The notes: a model not told the origin generated them from the letters alone. DNA of 64,000 nt from a bacterium (GCA_026708055.1 JAPOVS010000054.1:61697-125696); one strand, 5' to 3'; positions 1 through 9,387 are shown, counted from the stretch's first letter. Made by a program: numbers and translations.

Positions 1-1
1 C

Positions 2-421
2 CTGAACAGCGGTGCGCTGGCCGCGGGCGTGGGTCTCGAGTTGGCGTGGGCGGAGTATTTCTTCGCCGAGGTGCGCAGCAACGGCCCCCTCCTGGAGCTC
101 TGGAAGTCCAACGCCGCCGCCGTCGGCAGGCAGCCGCAACGGCCCGCCCCGGGCCGCACCGTGATCGGCAGCACCGACATGGGCAACGTCAGCCAGGCGG
201 TGCCGTCGATCCACCCCATGATCGCGGTCGGCCCGCCGGATGTGGCCATCCACACCGAGGAGTTCGCCAGATGCGCCCGGGGGCCCGATGGCGACCGCGG
301 CGTCGTCGACGGCGCCAAGACGCTGGCCGCGGTGGCGATCGACTACTGGAGCGACGCCTCGGTGCGCGCCGCGGTGACTGCCGACTTCACCGGCGGGGGC
401 AGCGCCCCGGCGTCGGGCTGA
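2..421 (+). CDS. M20-family metallopeptidase/amidohydrolase, C-terminal fragment (5' end outside window)
   Basis: The frame is open to the window edge. The C-terminal motif GSTDMGNVSQAVPSIHPMI...HTEEF is typical of M20D amidohydrolases. Confidence 0.7.
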   Translation: MNSGALAAGVGLELAWAEYFFAEVRSNGPLLELWKSNAAAVGRQPQRPAPGRTVIGSTDMGNVSQAVPSIHPMIAVGPPDVAIHTEEFARCARGPDGDRGVVDGAKTLAAVAIDYWSDASVRAAVTADFTGGGSAPASG

Positions 422-454
422 GGGCTCGGCCCCCGCAGCCGGCGACGACAGATC

Positions 455-2062
455 ATGTACGTCGCTGAGACCTTCACGGCCGCCGAGGCCGACATCCTGC
501 GCCGCTACTTCACGAACCTCGACCAGCCCGTATTCGCCCTGGTGAACTTGCCCGAGGTCGTGAAGGGAGCGCTGTTCGCCCGGTACTCGCGGTCGGCAAA
601 GAGCCTGCGTCGCCTCTTCCTGGACGAGTTCGTGGGCGAACTCGACGTCAGCGGTGACCTGGGCGTGGATGCCACGATCGGCCTGCGCCGCGCCGAGGAA
701 CTCTACGACCGGGTCTTCTTCGAGTACGGCGACGACTCGGTGGCGCAGCTCGGGGGCGTGCACCTGGCGTGCGAGCAGGCCTCCAACGTGCTGACCAAGG
801 TGCTGGAGTGGGGGAGGCTGATGTCCTACCTCGAGCAATCCACGCGCTATGTGGCCTACGACGCACGTCTCGGCGGCCGCTACCGCTACTACCGGGATCC
901 CGACATCCTGGGTTCGAGCCTCGGCGCCCGCTACATCGCCGACCTCGACGCCATGTTCGAGTCCTACAGCTCGACGCTGCCCGTGATGAACGAGCATTTC
1001 CGCCGCCGGTTCCCCATAGCCCCCGGGGACTCGGACTTCGTGCACCGTCAGGCCATCCGCGCCAAGTCCTTCGACTCGGTCCGGGGGATGCTGCCCGCCG
1101 CGGCCCTCTCGAACGTCGGGATCTACGGCAGCGGCCAGGGCTACGAGAACCTGCTCCTGCGGATGCGCGCCCACGCGCTGCCGGAGGTCCGCGCCTACGC
1201 CGACATGATGCTCGTCGAACTGCGCAAGGTCATCCCGTCGTTCCTGAAGCGGTTGGACGTCGAGGACAGGGGAGTGGCCTGGAGCCGGTACCTGCGCGCC
1301 ACCGGCGACTCGATGCAGGCCCTTGCCCTCGAACTCTTCAGCGATGCCGAGAAGCCCTACGAGGAGGTCCCCGCAGTCCGGCTCGTGGACTTCGACCCCG
1401 ACGCCGAGGTGAAACTCGTGAGCAGCGCCCTCTATTCCCACGTCGACGTCCCCGAGGAGCAGCTGCGCGCCCGCGTCGAGGACATGAGCGCGGAGGATCG
1501 CCTGCGCGTGCTGCTCGCCTACACCGGCGACCGCCGCAACAGGCGTCACAAGCCTGGGCGCGCCCTCGAGACGCCCTGCTACCGCTTCGACGTGCTGTGC
1601 GACTACGGGGCCTTCCGCGACCTGCAGCGTCACCGGATGCTGACGATCGAATGGCAGCGGCTGTCACCCGGCCACGGCTACAGCATGCCTGAGGCGGTCG
1701 CGGCGGCCGGCCTCGAAGGCCTGTTCACCGAGACGATGGCCCGGAGCGCCGAGCTGCACGACACGTTGCTGGAGCACTTCCCCGAGCAGGCCGCCTACGC
1801 GGTCGCCCTGGCCTACCGCATCCGTTTCGTCATGCAGATGAACGCCCGGGAGGCGATGCACCTCATCGAGCTGCGCAGCAGCACCCAGGGTCATCCCGCC
1901 TACCGCCACGTGGCTCAGGAGATGCACCGCCTCATCGAGACCACCGCAGGACACCGGGCGATCGCCGGAATGATGTCCTTCGCCGACCGCTCCCGCGGAC
2001 CCGAGCTCGAACGACTCGCCTCCGAGCGTCGGGCCGCGACGCGCCGCCGCGACGCGGTCTAG
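455..2062 (+). CDS. ThyX-like (Thy1 family) FAD-dependent thymidylate synthase-related protein, long divergent form
   Basis: 535-aa ORF with an ATG start. It contains an RHR motif (QRHRMLTIEWQR) and ELRSSTQGHPAYR, resembling the ThyX signature region. Confidence 0.65.
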   Translation: MYVAETFTAAEADILRRYFTNLDQPVFALVNLPEVVKGALFARYSRSAKSLRRLFLDEFVGELDVSGDLGVDATIGLRRAEELYDRVFFEYGDDSVAQLGGVHLACEQASNVLTKVLEWGRLMSYLEQSTRYVAYDARLGGRYRYYRDPDILGSSLGARYIADLDAMFESYSSTLPVMNEHFRRRFPIAPGDSDFVHRQAIRAKSFDSVRGMLPAAALSNVGIYGSGQGYENLLLRMRAHALPEVRAYADMMLVELRKVIPSFLKRLDVEDRGVAWSRYLRATGDSMQALALELFSDAEKPYEEVPAVRLVDFDPDAEVKLVSSALYSHVDVPEEQLRARVEDMSAEDRLRVLLAYTGDRRNRRHKPGRALETPCYRFDVLCDYGAFRDLQRHRMLTIEWQRLSPGHGYSMPEAVAAAGLEGLFTETMARSAELHDTLLEHFPEQAAYAVALAYRIRFVMQMNAREAMHLIELRSSTQGHPAYRHVAQEMHRLIETTAGHRAIAGMMSFADRSRGPELERLASERRAATRRRDAV

Positions 2063-2169
2063 CGCCGGAGGCTCCCCGGCCGCACCGCAGCACTACCGCA
2101 TTTTGTGACGGCGTGTGTCTATGATCCGCCTCTCAGGTGATCGGTGCCCGCACGAGGCCGGAGAGACGC

Positions 2170-2658
2170 ATGTCCGACGATGACAACTTGTTGGACCTCG
2201 ACATCGAGGAAGAGGACGACGAGGCGTTCGACCCCGAATTCGACGAGGACATCGAGGAGGACGACGACGACGACCATCTCGCCGACGACGACGACGATGA
2301 CCTCGAGGAGGACGATGAGGAGGAGGAGGTCCCCGAGCGCAACGCCAAGCGGCCGCCTCAGGCCGAGGGAGAGTTCGACGACGAGGTGGACCCGGACAAT
2401 CTCGAGGCGGATCTCAACACCATCCTGCGAGACCGCATCGCCGCGGGCGACGACGTCGAGGACGACGAGGAGACCGGTGAGGTCGAGACCGGCCAGCCGG
2501 CGGAGTTGCTCGGCTCGGTGACACCCCGCCGCGACGACGAATGGCTCTGCGAGGGATGCTTCCTGCTGGTGTCGAAGAGCCAACTCGGCAGCCGGACGGA
2601 GCCTCGCTGCCCGTCAGGCGAGGAGATCTGCCCGTCGCTCGACAGGCTGGGCCCCTGA
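2170..2658 (+). CDS. DUF4193-family protein (acidic N-terminus, C-terminal Cys-cluster)
   Basis: Strongly acidic D/E-rich N-terminus followed by DEWLCEGCFLLVSKSQLG...CPSGEEICP. The ATG at 2170 is preferred over the GTG at 2137. Confidence 0.7.
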   Translation: MSDDDNLLDLDIEEEDDEAFDPEFDEDIEEDDDDDHLADDDDDDLEEDDEEEEVPERNAKRPPQAEGEFDDEVDPDNLEADLNTILRDRIAAGDDVEDDEETGEVETGQPAELLGSVTPRRDDEWLCEGCFLLVSKSQLGSRTEPRCPSGEEICPSLDRLGP

Positions 2659-3149
2659 GAGTCGGCGTCGCCGCGGCCACAGCCGCCGACTGCACCGCCC
2701 TGGAGGCCCTCACCGGGACCGCACGGGAGGAAGCGGCGGGCCAGCGGGGCGGCGCCATGCTGCTGGCGATCCGCTACCCGGAGGCTCTCGATGCCGCCGG
2801 ATTTCAGCGCCTCCTGGAGACGGGCGGCGTGCGGGCCTGGGTCGGCGACCTCGACGGTTCCACGGTCGGCTTCGCCGCGGCGCGGCTGGTGGAACTGGCG
2901 GACGGCACCTCGCTGGCCGAGATCGATGCGCTCTACGTCCTGCCCGAGGCTCGAGGGGTGGGTCTGGGCGAGGCGCTCATGGACGAGGTTCTGGCGTGGG
3001 CCGCCGGCGCAGGTGCCGCCGCGGTCGACGCGGTGGCCCTTCCCGGCGACCGGGTGACGAAGAACTTCTTCGAGCGCTACGGGATGACCGCCCGCGCTCT
3101 GCAGGTCCACCGACGGCTGGACCCTCCGCCCGCGGCAAGCGCCAGCTGA
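2541..3149 (+). CDS. GNAT family N-acetyltransferase (start uncertain)
   Basis: Acetyl-CoA binding region LYVLPEARGVGLGEALMDEVLAWA...FFERYGM. There is no canonical start between 2556 and the conserved core, so the 5' end overlaps the DUF4193 gene. Confidence 0.7.
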   Translation: MALRGMLPAGVEEPTRQPDGASLPVRRGDLPVARQAGPLRVGVAAATAADCTALEALTGTAREEAAGQRGGAMLLAIRYPEALDAAGFQRLLETGGVRAWVGDLDGSTVGFAAARLVELADGTSLAEIDALYVLPEARGVGLGEALMDEVLAWAAGAGAAAVDAVALPGDRVTKNFFERYGMTARALQVHRRLDPPPAASAS

Positions 3150-3550
3150 TGCGTCCCGAGGTGTGCGTCGGCGCGATCGCCGTGCGCGACGGCTGCGTGC
3201 TGCTGGTGCGCCGGGGCCACGGGCCGGCGGCCGGCCAGTGGTCCGTGCCTGGGGGACGGGTGGAGTGGGGCGAGACGCTGGCCGCGGCCGTCGTCCGGGA
3301 GGTGGCCGAGGAGACGGGCCTGGAGGTCCTCTGTGAGGAGTTCGCCGACTGGGTGGAGCGGATCGGCGATCAGCACCACTACGTGATCGCCGACTTCTGG
3401 GTCACCGTGCTGAGCGATCACCCTCCGGTGGCCGGCGACGACGCCGCCGAAGCTCGCTGGGTGCCCCTGGAAGGCCTAGACGTCCTCGACCTCACCGCCG
3501 GGCTCAGAGACTTCTTCGCCCGCATCGGCGTCCTGGACCGGCTGGCCTGA
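3149..3550 (+). CDS. NUDIX hydrolase
   Basis: Nudix box GGRVEWGETLAAAVVREVAEETGL. The ATG at 3149 overlaps the TGA of the GNAT gene (ATGA-type coupling). Confidence 0.85.
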   Translation: MRPEVCVGAIAVRDGCVLLVRRGHGPAAGQWSVPGGRVEWGETLAAAVVREVAEETGLEVLCEEFADWVERIGDQHHYVIADFWVTVLSDHPPVAGDDAAEARWVPLEGLDVLDLTAGLRDFFARIGVLDRLA

Positions 3551-4831
3551 GGCCTCGGCCGCCTCGTCGGCTGCCTCCTCCGACACCGGCTCCTCCACAG
3601 CTTCCAGCTCGGCGGTCTCCTCGCTGAGGTCCTCAGGCACCGGCTCCGCGGCTGAGTCCGGCTCGGCGACCTGCGCCGGAACATCGAAGTATTCCCCGAA
3701 CTGTGCGCGCAGCGCCGGGAGGCGCTCCCCGAAGCGGCGCACCGTGCGGAGAAGACGCTCCGAGGGCTCCGGCGGCAAATCCTGCGCCACCAATACCAGG
3801 CGAATGGGGGACTGTGCAGCCGCTTCCAGCATCCTCACCCACAAATCGTCCTCGGTGCCGGCGTTCAACTGGGACGCGACGCCCTCCTGCAGGCTCGCGG
3901 CCAAGCTCTCCGGCAACGGGGTCCCCGCCTTGGGAGGACGCTGGCTGACGCGCAGGGCGGTCACCAGGCGACCCTTGCGGAGCAGCGAACCCAGGTCGGC
4001 GATCCAGGCCGAGTGTTCACGGTCGACCCGGGCGTCCAGCTTGCCGCGCAGTTCATCCGCCAGGGCGCGAGCCTCGTCGTCGGGGTACTTCTCGGGGATG
4101 CCGGCCACGACCGACCGCAGGTCGCGCAGATCCACCTCGTCGGTCACCTTGCGGGCTGCTTCGGCGCGGTCCCGCCAGTCCACGACGCGGTAGGCCGAGA
4201 ACAACCTCTCCACGACCGCCAGGCGTGCGTCCCCGGCGTCGCCGGAGCGGCTCGCTTCCTGCCCCTCGCCCGGCTGGCCCTCGGATTGCAGGGCCTGGCG
4301 CACCGCCCGGATGCCCTCGTTGGCAAGTCTCTCCGCAATGGCTCTGTCGTCGGCGGACAGCGTTGCCAGCCAAGCGTCGCGGTGGCGGTTCTCCGGGCGC
4401 AGTCGCGGGGCGCGCGGGGGCCTGTCGCGCCCGCCGCGGTGCCCGGTGCCGTCTCGTCCGGACCGCCCACCCTCCCGGGCGCGGCCGCCGCCTCCCTTGC
4501 GTCGTCGCCCGTCACGGGGGGAGTCGATCTGGTCGGCCGACTTGCGTGCCAGGTTCGGAGCCATCGTCACACCCTCGGTGAAGCGCTTCGAGCCGAGATG
4601 CTCCAGGCGCGGCGAGGGCGGACGCTCGGTCTTTGTCGGCAGCACCTGGCGCACCGCGATGCCGTCCACGCTCACCTCGGCCTCCACCCGCAGCACATCA
4701 CCCACCGCCGCGCCGGCGGGGACGAGACCCTCGGAGAGCACGCCCTTCGGCTGGCGAGCCCCTGCTGCCCGCCAGGTCCAGGTACCGTCGGGGCGCCGGC
4801 TGGTCAGCATGACCTCGAGGCGGTGCGACAT
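3476..4831 (-). CDS. conserved hypothetical protein (Arg/Gly-rich centre, acidic C-terminal tail)
   Basis: ATG at 4831 (MSHRLEVMLTSRRPDGTWTW...). The longer 691-aa ORF upstream is antisense to the thiamine-binding protein gene and was rejected. Confidence 0.55.
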   Translation of the reverse strand: MSHRLEVMLTSRRPDGTWTWRAAGARQPKGVLSEGLVPAGAAVGDVLRVEAEVSVDGIAVRQVLPTKTERPPSPRLEHLGSKRFTEGVTMAPNLARKSADQIDSPRDGRRRKGGGGRAREGGRSGRDGTGHRGGRDRPPRAPRLRPENRHRDAWLATLSADDRAIAERLANEGIRAVRQALQSEGQPGEGQEASRSGDAGDARLAVVERLFSAYRVVDWRDRAEAARKVTDEVDLRDLRSVVAGIPEKYPDDEARALADELRGKLDARVDREHSAWIADLGSLLRKGRLVTALRVSQRPPKAGTPLPESLAASLQEGVASQLNAGTEDDLWVRMLEAAAQSPIRLVLVAQDLPPEPSERLLRTVRRFGERLPALRAQFGEYFDVPAQVAEPDSAAEPVPEDLSEETAELEAVEEPVSEEAADEAAEASGQPVQDADAGEEVSEPGGEVEDV

Positions 4832-4922
4832 GGCGTCAACGCTACCGGCGTGCCCGGACAAGGGGGAGCCGGCCAGAACCTTGCGGCCCGGTGGCGACAC
4901 GTCGTACAGTGGACGGTGAAAT

Positions 4923-5008
4923 CGGGGAGCTCGAATTCTCGGGCTGAGAGGGCGGGGCGACTCGCCGACCCGCAGAACCTGATCTGGGTAATTCCAGCGG
5001 AGGGAAGC
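4923..5008 (+). promoter_or_regulatory. TPP (THI-box) riboswitch
   Basis: GGGGAGC..GGCTGAGAG..ACCC..GAACCTGATCTGGGTAATTCCAGCGGAGGGAAG matches the TPP riboswitch core (CUGAGA and ACCUGAUCUGGAUAAUGCCAGCG boxes). Its 3' strand contains the SD (GGAGGGAAG) just before the ATG at 5010. Confidence 0.85.
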
Positions 5009-5009
5009 A

Positions 5010-6203
5010 ATGCGCATTTTCGCGAAGTCTCGTTTTCTTGTCGTCTTGGTGGGCTCAGTTGCGCTGGCGGCGCTCGTCATCGCCGGCTGCGGTGAGGACG
5101 GCGGCACGCCGACCGCACCGGCAGCCGAGACTGCGCCCGCTCCCGAACCGCCGCCGCCGGAGCCGCAACCGCCGGCAGCCCCCGAACCGCAGCCGGCTCC
5201 CGCCCCGGAGCCGCCGCCGGAACCCGCGCCCGAGCCACCACCGCCGCCCGAGCCGGCGGAGATCACGGTGGTCACCCATGACTCCTTCGCCGTCTCGGAG
5301 GGGATCATCGAGTCGTTCGAGGAGAGCACGGGTGTCACGGTGAACCTGCTCACCGGCGAGGACACGGGTTCGATGCTCAGCCAGGTCATCCTTACGAAGG
5401 ACAATCCCATCGCGGATGTCGTATTCGGCATCGACAACACGTTCCTGCAGCGGGCGCTGGACGAGGACCTCTTCCTCCCGTACCGCTCACCGGCCGTCGA
5501 GTCCGTGTCCACTGAGCTGCAGCTCGATGCACAGGACCGGGTCACGCCCATCGACTACGGCGACGTCTGCGTCAACTACTGGATCGACGCCACCGACGGT
5601 GCCCCGCCGGAGACCCTCGAGGACCTGGCAGATCCCCGCCACGCCGGGTCGTTCGTGACCCAGAACCCGGAGACCTCCTCGCCGGGCCTGGCATTCCTGC
5701 TCGCCACGGTGGCGGCGTTCGGCGTCGACGGCTGGGAGGACTACTGGAGCGACTTGCGGGACGGGGGCGTGTCGGTGACCGCCGGCTGGAGCGAGGCGTA
5801 CTTCGGGGAGTTCGTGGCCGGGGGAGGGGAGCGCGCTCTCGTGACCTCCTACGCCACCAGCCCGGTTGCGGAGGTGATCTTCGCCGATCCGCCCACGGAC
5901 ACTCCGCCCACCGGCGTGCTGACCGACGGCTGCTTCCGCCAGATCGAGTTCGCCGGCATCCTGGCGGGCACCGAGAACCTCCCCGGCGCGCAGGCTTTCA
6001 TCGACTTCATGCTCTCCGACACCTTCCAGGAGGACATCCCGCTGAACATGTTCGTCTTCCCCGCCAGCAGCAGTGCGCAGGTGCCGGAGGTGTTCGCCAC
6101 CCATGCGGTCGCGGTTCCCGAACCGCTGAGCCTCGATCCGGCACTCATCGCCGCCGAGCGCGACAACTGGACACGCCGCTGGGTCGAGATCGTCCTGCGC
6201 TAG
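5010..6203 (+). CDS. thiB: thiamine ABC transporter substrate-binding lipoprotein
   Basis: Lipobox LVIAGCG, a Pro-rich linker, then a ThiB/FbpA-type binding fold (ITVVTHDSFAVSEG...). Sits directly downstream of the TPP riboswitch. Confidence 0.8.
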   Translation: MRIFAKSRFLVVLVGSVALAALVIAGCGEDGGTPTAPAAETAPAPEPPPPEPQPPAAPEPQPAPAPEPPPEPAPEPPPPPEPAEITVVTHDSFAVSEGIIESFEESTGVTVNLLTGEDTGSMLSQVILTKDNPIADVVFGIDNTFLQRALDEDLFLPYRSPAVESVSTELQLDAQDRVTPIDYGDVCVNYWIDATDGAPPETLEDLADPRHAGSFVTQNPETSSPGLAFLLATVAAFGVDGWEDYWSDLRDGGVSVTAGWSEAYFGEFVAGGGERALVTSYATSPVAEVIFADPPTDTPPTGVLTDGCFRQIEFAGILAGTENLPGAQAFIDFMLSDTFQEDIPLNMFVFPASSSAQVPEVFATHAVAVPEPLSLDPALIAAERDNWTRRWVEIVLR

Positions 6204-6232
6204 GGGAGCGGCGCATGCCTCCGACACCGGTC

Positions 6233-6310
6233 GCGCACCTCATCCCAGCGAGGGCGCACCTCATTCCGGCACCGGCCGCGCACGTCTTTCCGGCGAAGGC
6301 CGGAATCCAG
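6233..6310 (-). repeat. REP/MITE-like palindromic element (short form, preceded by two degenerate half copies)
   Basis: GTCTTTCCGGCGAAGGCCGGAATCCAG is the reverse complement of the CTGGATTCCGGC..GCCGGAA family. GCGCACCTCAT(C/T)CC half units lie upstream. Confidence 0.8.
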
Positions 6311-6420
6311 AGCCCGCTGACATCCTGATCTCCGCCACGCGGTCCGCTCGTCGGCTCGGCCCGATCGCCCTCGCGGCGGCGCCGGCGGCCTTCATCGGTG
6401 TCTTCTTCCTCTATCCCCTC

Positions 6421-7947
6421 GTGGGGGTGTTGACCCGCAGCTTCGACGCCGGAACCCTGCTGGAGACCTGGCGCAACCCGGTCACGACCGACGTCCTGTG
6501 GTTCACGACCTGGCAGGCACTGGCCTCCACCGGAGCGTGCCTGGCGGTGGCCCTGCCAACCGCGGCGGTCCTGGCGCGCCTGCGCTTCCGGGGCCGCAGG
6601 CTCGTGCACGCCCTGCTGGTGGTGCCGTTCGTGCTTCCCACGGTGGTGGTCGCCGCGGCCTTCCTTTCGCTGATGGATCGCTTCGGCCTGACCGACCGGT
6701 TCCACCACACCGTGTGGGCGATCCTGGCGGCGCATGTGTTCTTCAACTACGCGGTCATCGCCCGCTCGGTGGCGGCCTACTGGTCCCAACTCGATCCCGC
6801 TCCCGAACAGGCCGCCGCGGTCCTCGGAGCGAGTCCCCTTCGCGTCTTCGGAGCGGTCACGCTGCCGCGCCTGGCCCCGGCTATCGGTGCCGTGAGCGCC
6901 ATCGTGCTCCTGTTCAACTTCACATCGTTCGGCGCGATCCTCATTCTCGGCGGGCCGCGCCGGGCGACGCTCGACACCGAGATCTGGCGCTTCGCCGTGC
7001 AGCGCCTGGAGTTCGACACGGCGGCGGCGCTGGCGCTGCTGCAGTTGTTGTGCGTGCTGATGCTCGTCGTGGGGGCGACGCTCTGGCAACGCCGCCGACA
7101 CGTCGCCGAGCGTCTCCGCACCGACACCGCCCGGCGTGTGCGCGCCAGCGCCGACCGGGCGCTCTTGGCCGGAGCGCTCAGCGTGGCCGCTGTGGTCGTG
7201 GGATTGCCGCTGGCGATGCTGGTGGAGCGCTCGTTGCGCAGCGGGGGGGACTACACGCTCGAGAACTACCGGCGCCTGGGGCAGAGCGGTGAGCGCCTGC
7301 AGGCCCTGTTCGTGTCGCCGCTTGCGGCGATCCGTCACTCCCTGGAGTTCGCCGCGACCGCCACCGGCATCGCCACGATCGGCGGCCTGCTGGTCGCCCT
7401 GGCGGTCAGCGGCCGCCGCCGGCGGGGCGCGGCGACTCTGGAGGGCGCCTTCCTGATGCCGCTGGGCACTTCGGCGGTGATCCTGGGCTTCGGGATGCTG
7501 CTGGTGCTGGACCGCCCCCCGCTCGATCTGCGCCTGTCCTGGTGGCTGGTGCCGATCGCGCACGCGCTGATCGGCATGCCGTTCGTGATCCGCTCGGTCA
7601 CGCCGGCCCTGGCCGCGGTGAGCCCGCGGCTGCGCGAGGCGGCCGCCACGCTGGGCGCCCGGCCGGCACGGGTGCGACGCGAGGTGGACCTGCCCCTGGC
7701 CCTGCGCGGTCTCGCCGTCGGCGCCGGGTTCGCCTTCGCGGTGTCGCTGGGTGAGTTCGGCGCCACCGCCTTCGTGGTCCGCCCGGAGCGACCCACGGTC
7801 CCGGTCGCCATCTTCCGCCTCCTGGGACGACCCGGTGAGACGGCGTTCGGGCAGGCCATGGCCATGAGCGTGATACTGCTGGCCATGACCGCCGCGGCCG
7901 TGCTGTTGATCGACCGGCTCCGCCCCGCCGGGGCGGCGGACTTCTGA
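6421..7947 (+). CDS. thiP: thiamine/iron-type ABC transporter permease, two fused permease domains (true start probably upstream)
   Basis: Duplicated ABC permease domains. The in-frame upstream sequence (about 6340-6420, RRLGPIALAAAPAAFIGVFFLYPL) looks like TM1 but has no ATG/GTG/TTG. Confidence 0.8.
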   Translation: MGVLTRSFDAGTLLETWRNPVTTDVLWFTTWQALASTGACLAVALPTAAVLARLRFRGRRLVHALLVVPFVLPTVVVAAAFLSLMDRFGLTDRFHHTVWAILAAHVFFNYAVIARSVAAYWSQLDPAPEQAAAVLGASPLRVFGAVTLPRLAPAIGAVSAIVLLFNFTSFGAILILGGPRRATLDTEIWRFAVQRLEFDTAAALALLQLLCVLMLVVGATLWQRRRHVAERLRTDTARRVRASADRALLAGALSVAAVVVGLPLAMLVERSLRSGGDYTLENYRRLGQSGERLQALFVSPLAAIRHSLEFAATATGIATIGGLLVALAVSGRRRRGAATLEGAFLMPLGTSAVILGFGMLLVLDRPPLDLRLSWWLVPIAHALIGMPFVIRSVTPALAAVSPRLREAAATLGARPARVRREVDLPLALRGLAVGAGFAFAVSLGEFGATAFVVRPERPTVPVAIFRLLGRPGETAFGQAMAMSVILLAMTAAAVLLIDRLRPAGAADF

Positions 7948-8109
7948 GACGGGGACTTCTGAGATGGCTGGGCCCGACTCCGGCGCCGCGCGGCACAACG
8001 CCGGCGGGCGGCTGCCTCGCGGACAGGACGGCGGGGGGGGAGAGGGAGAGGCGGCTTACGATCGGACGGCGAATCCCGCAGCATCATCCCCGGAGCCTGC
8101 CCCTCCATC

Positions 8110-8166
8110 GTCTTTCCGGCGAAGGCCGGAATCCACCCCCAGACTCGATCCGGGGCCGGAATCCAC
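8110..8166 (-). repeat. REP/MITE-like palindromic element (long form)
   Basis: GTCTTTCCGGCGAAGGCCGGAATCCACCCCCAGACTCGATCCGGGGCCGGAATCCAC, located between the permease and ATPase genes. Confidence 0.8.
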
Positions 8167-8179
8167 TCCCGGAGAGGGA

Positions 8180-9241
8180 CTGACGATCGGCGGCCTGACG
8201 GTGAGTCTCGAAGGCCACGAGATCCTGCGCGGCCTCGAACTCTCGGTGCGCCGTGGCGAGATCCTGGCCCTGCTGGGGCCGAGCGGCTGCGGCAAGACGA
8301 CGCTGTTGCGCACGATCGCCGGCCTGCAGGCGCCCGACGGCGGCTCGGTCTCCTGGGCGGGGGAGGACCAGCGGTCGGTCCCCGCCCACCGCCGGCGCTT
8401 CGGGATGGTCTTCCAGGACCATGCCCTGCTGCCGCACCGCAACGTGGGCGCCAACGTGGCCTTCGGGCTCCGCATGCAGAAGGTCCCGGTGCCCGAGCGC
8501 CGCCGCCGCGTGGCCGGGATGCTGCACATGGTCGGGCTTCAGGGGTACGAGCGGCGCAGTGTGGCGACTCTCTCGGGCGGGGAGGCCCAGCGCGTCGCCC
8601 TGGCACGCGCCCTGGTGACCGAGCCCAAGCTGCTGCTGGCCGACGAACCGTTCGCGGCCCTGGACCGCCCCCTCCACGATCGCATCCTCGTCGACGTCAG
8701 GCGCATACTCACCGAACTGCACCAGACCGCGATCCACGTCACCCACGACCACACCGAAGCGTTCGCGCTCGCCGACACAGTGGCCCTCATGCGTGAAGGC
8801 CGCATCCACCGCACCGCCACCCCGCAGCAGTTCCGAGACGACCCCCAGGACGCCTGGACCGCCACGTTCCTCGGACTCGGAACCATATGGCACCCCCCGC
8901 CGGGAACACCAGCAATCGCCGACGCGACGATCCAGACCCCCTGGGGGCCGCTGCGTCCCGCCGCGGGCACGCCGGGACGGCTGCCGACAGGGCCGGACCC
9001 GCAGGTGGCCGGCGAGGGATCCTGCCTGCTGATCCGCCCCGAAGCGGTCCGCCCAGCCGGCGCTTGCGGCGTCACCGCCGCCGTCAGCGACGTCCGTGTC
9101 GTCGGCGACCGCACCGTCGCCACCTTCGAGGTCCCCGGCGCGCCACCCCTCGACGGCTACCTCCCCGCCGGGGCTGCTCCCGGCCGGGCCTGCACGATCA
9201 GCCTTGACCCCGCCGAGGTCGCACTGCTGCGGGGCGAGTAG
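8180..9241 (+). CDS. thiQ: ABC transporter ATP-binding protein (ThiQ/FbpC-like, with C-terminal extension)
   Basis: Walker A GPSGCGKTT, signature LSGGEAQRV, Walker B LLLADEP. The ORF opens at 7964, but its first about 70 codons are REP-derived. The start is likely CTG 8180 or GTG 8201. Confidence 0.8.
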   Translation: MTIGGLTVSLEGHEILRGLELSVRRGEILALLGPSGCGKTTLLRTIAGLQAPDGGSVSWAGEDQRSVPAHRRRFGMVFQDHALLPHRNVGANVAFGLRMQKVPVPERRRRVAGMLHMVGLQGYERRSVATLSGGEAQRVALARALVTEPKLLLADEPFAALDRPLHDRILVDVRRILTELHQTAIHVTHDHTEAFALADTVALMREGRIHRTATPQQFRDDPQDAWTATFLGLGTIWHPPPGTPAIADATIQTPWGPLRPAAGTPGRLPTGPDPQVAGEGSCLLIRPEAVRPAGACGVTAAVSDVRVVGDRTVATFEVPGAPPLDGYLPAGAAPGRACTISLDPAEVALLRGE

Positions 9242-9349
9242 CCGTCGCGCGAAGTCAGACGCAACACAGTGGCGCGCCGCGGGCGTCGTGTACTAGTGTG
9301 GCGAACGTGGCGAGGCTCGCTGGTTTCATCCGTCGGCTCCGCCCTGTCC

Positions 9350-9361
9350 GGGGGGGGGGGG
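9350..9361. repeat. G12 homopolymer tract
   Basis: Twelve consecutive G, 27 nt upstream of ATG 9388 and inside the alternative GTG-9298 reading frame (GGG codons). Confidence 0.9.
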
Positions 9362-9387
9362 TGTTGTGTTGGTTGCCGGGCGGGTCG

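Noticed and set aside
2119-2125. TATGAT -10-like hexamer upstream of the DUF4193 gene
   Set aside because: There is no acceptable -35 element at 16-18 nt spacing, and the TG dinucleotide is one base out of place for an extended -10. This is too weak to report as a feature.
4832-5551. N-terminal 240-codon extension of the 3476-5551 minus ORF
   Set aside because: It overlaps the TPP riboswitch and the thiB coding region in antisense. Its Gly/Ser/Ala-rich sequence mirrors the Pro-rich thiB linker. An ATG at 4831 gives a sensible N-terminus.
6145-8606. Long minus-strand ORFs (6145-7998, 617 aa; 7335-8606, 423 aa) antisense to thiP/thiQ
   Set aside because: Their extreme Arg/Gly/Pro/Ala composition, with no motifs, is typical of antisense frames in GC-rich DNA. 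The plus-strand ORFs carry clear ABC permease and ATPase motifs.
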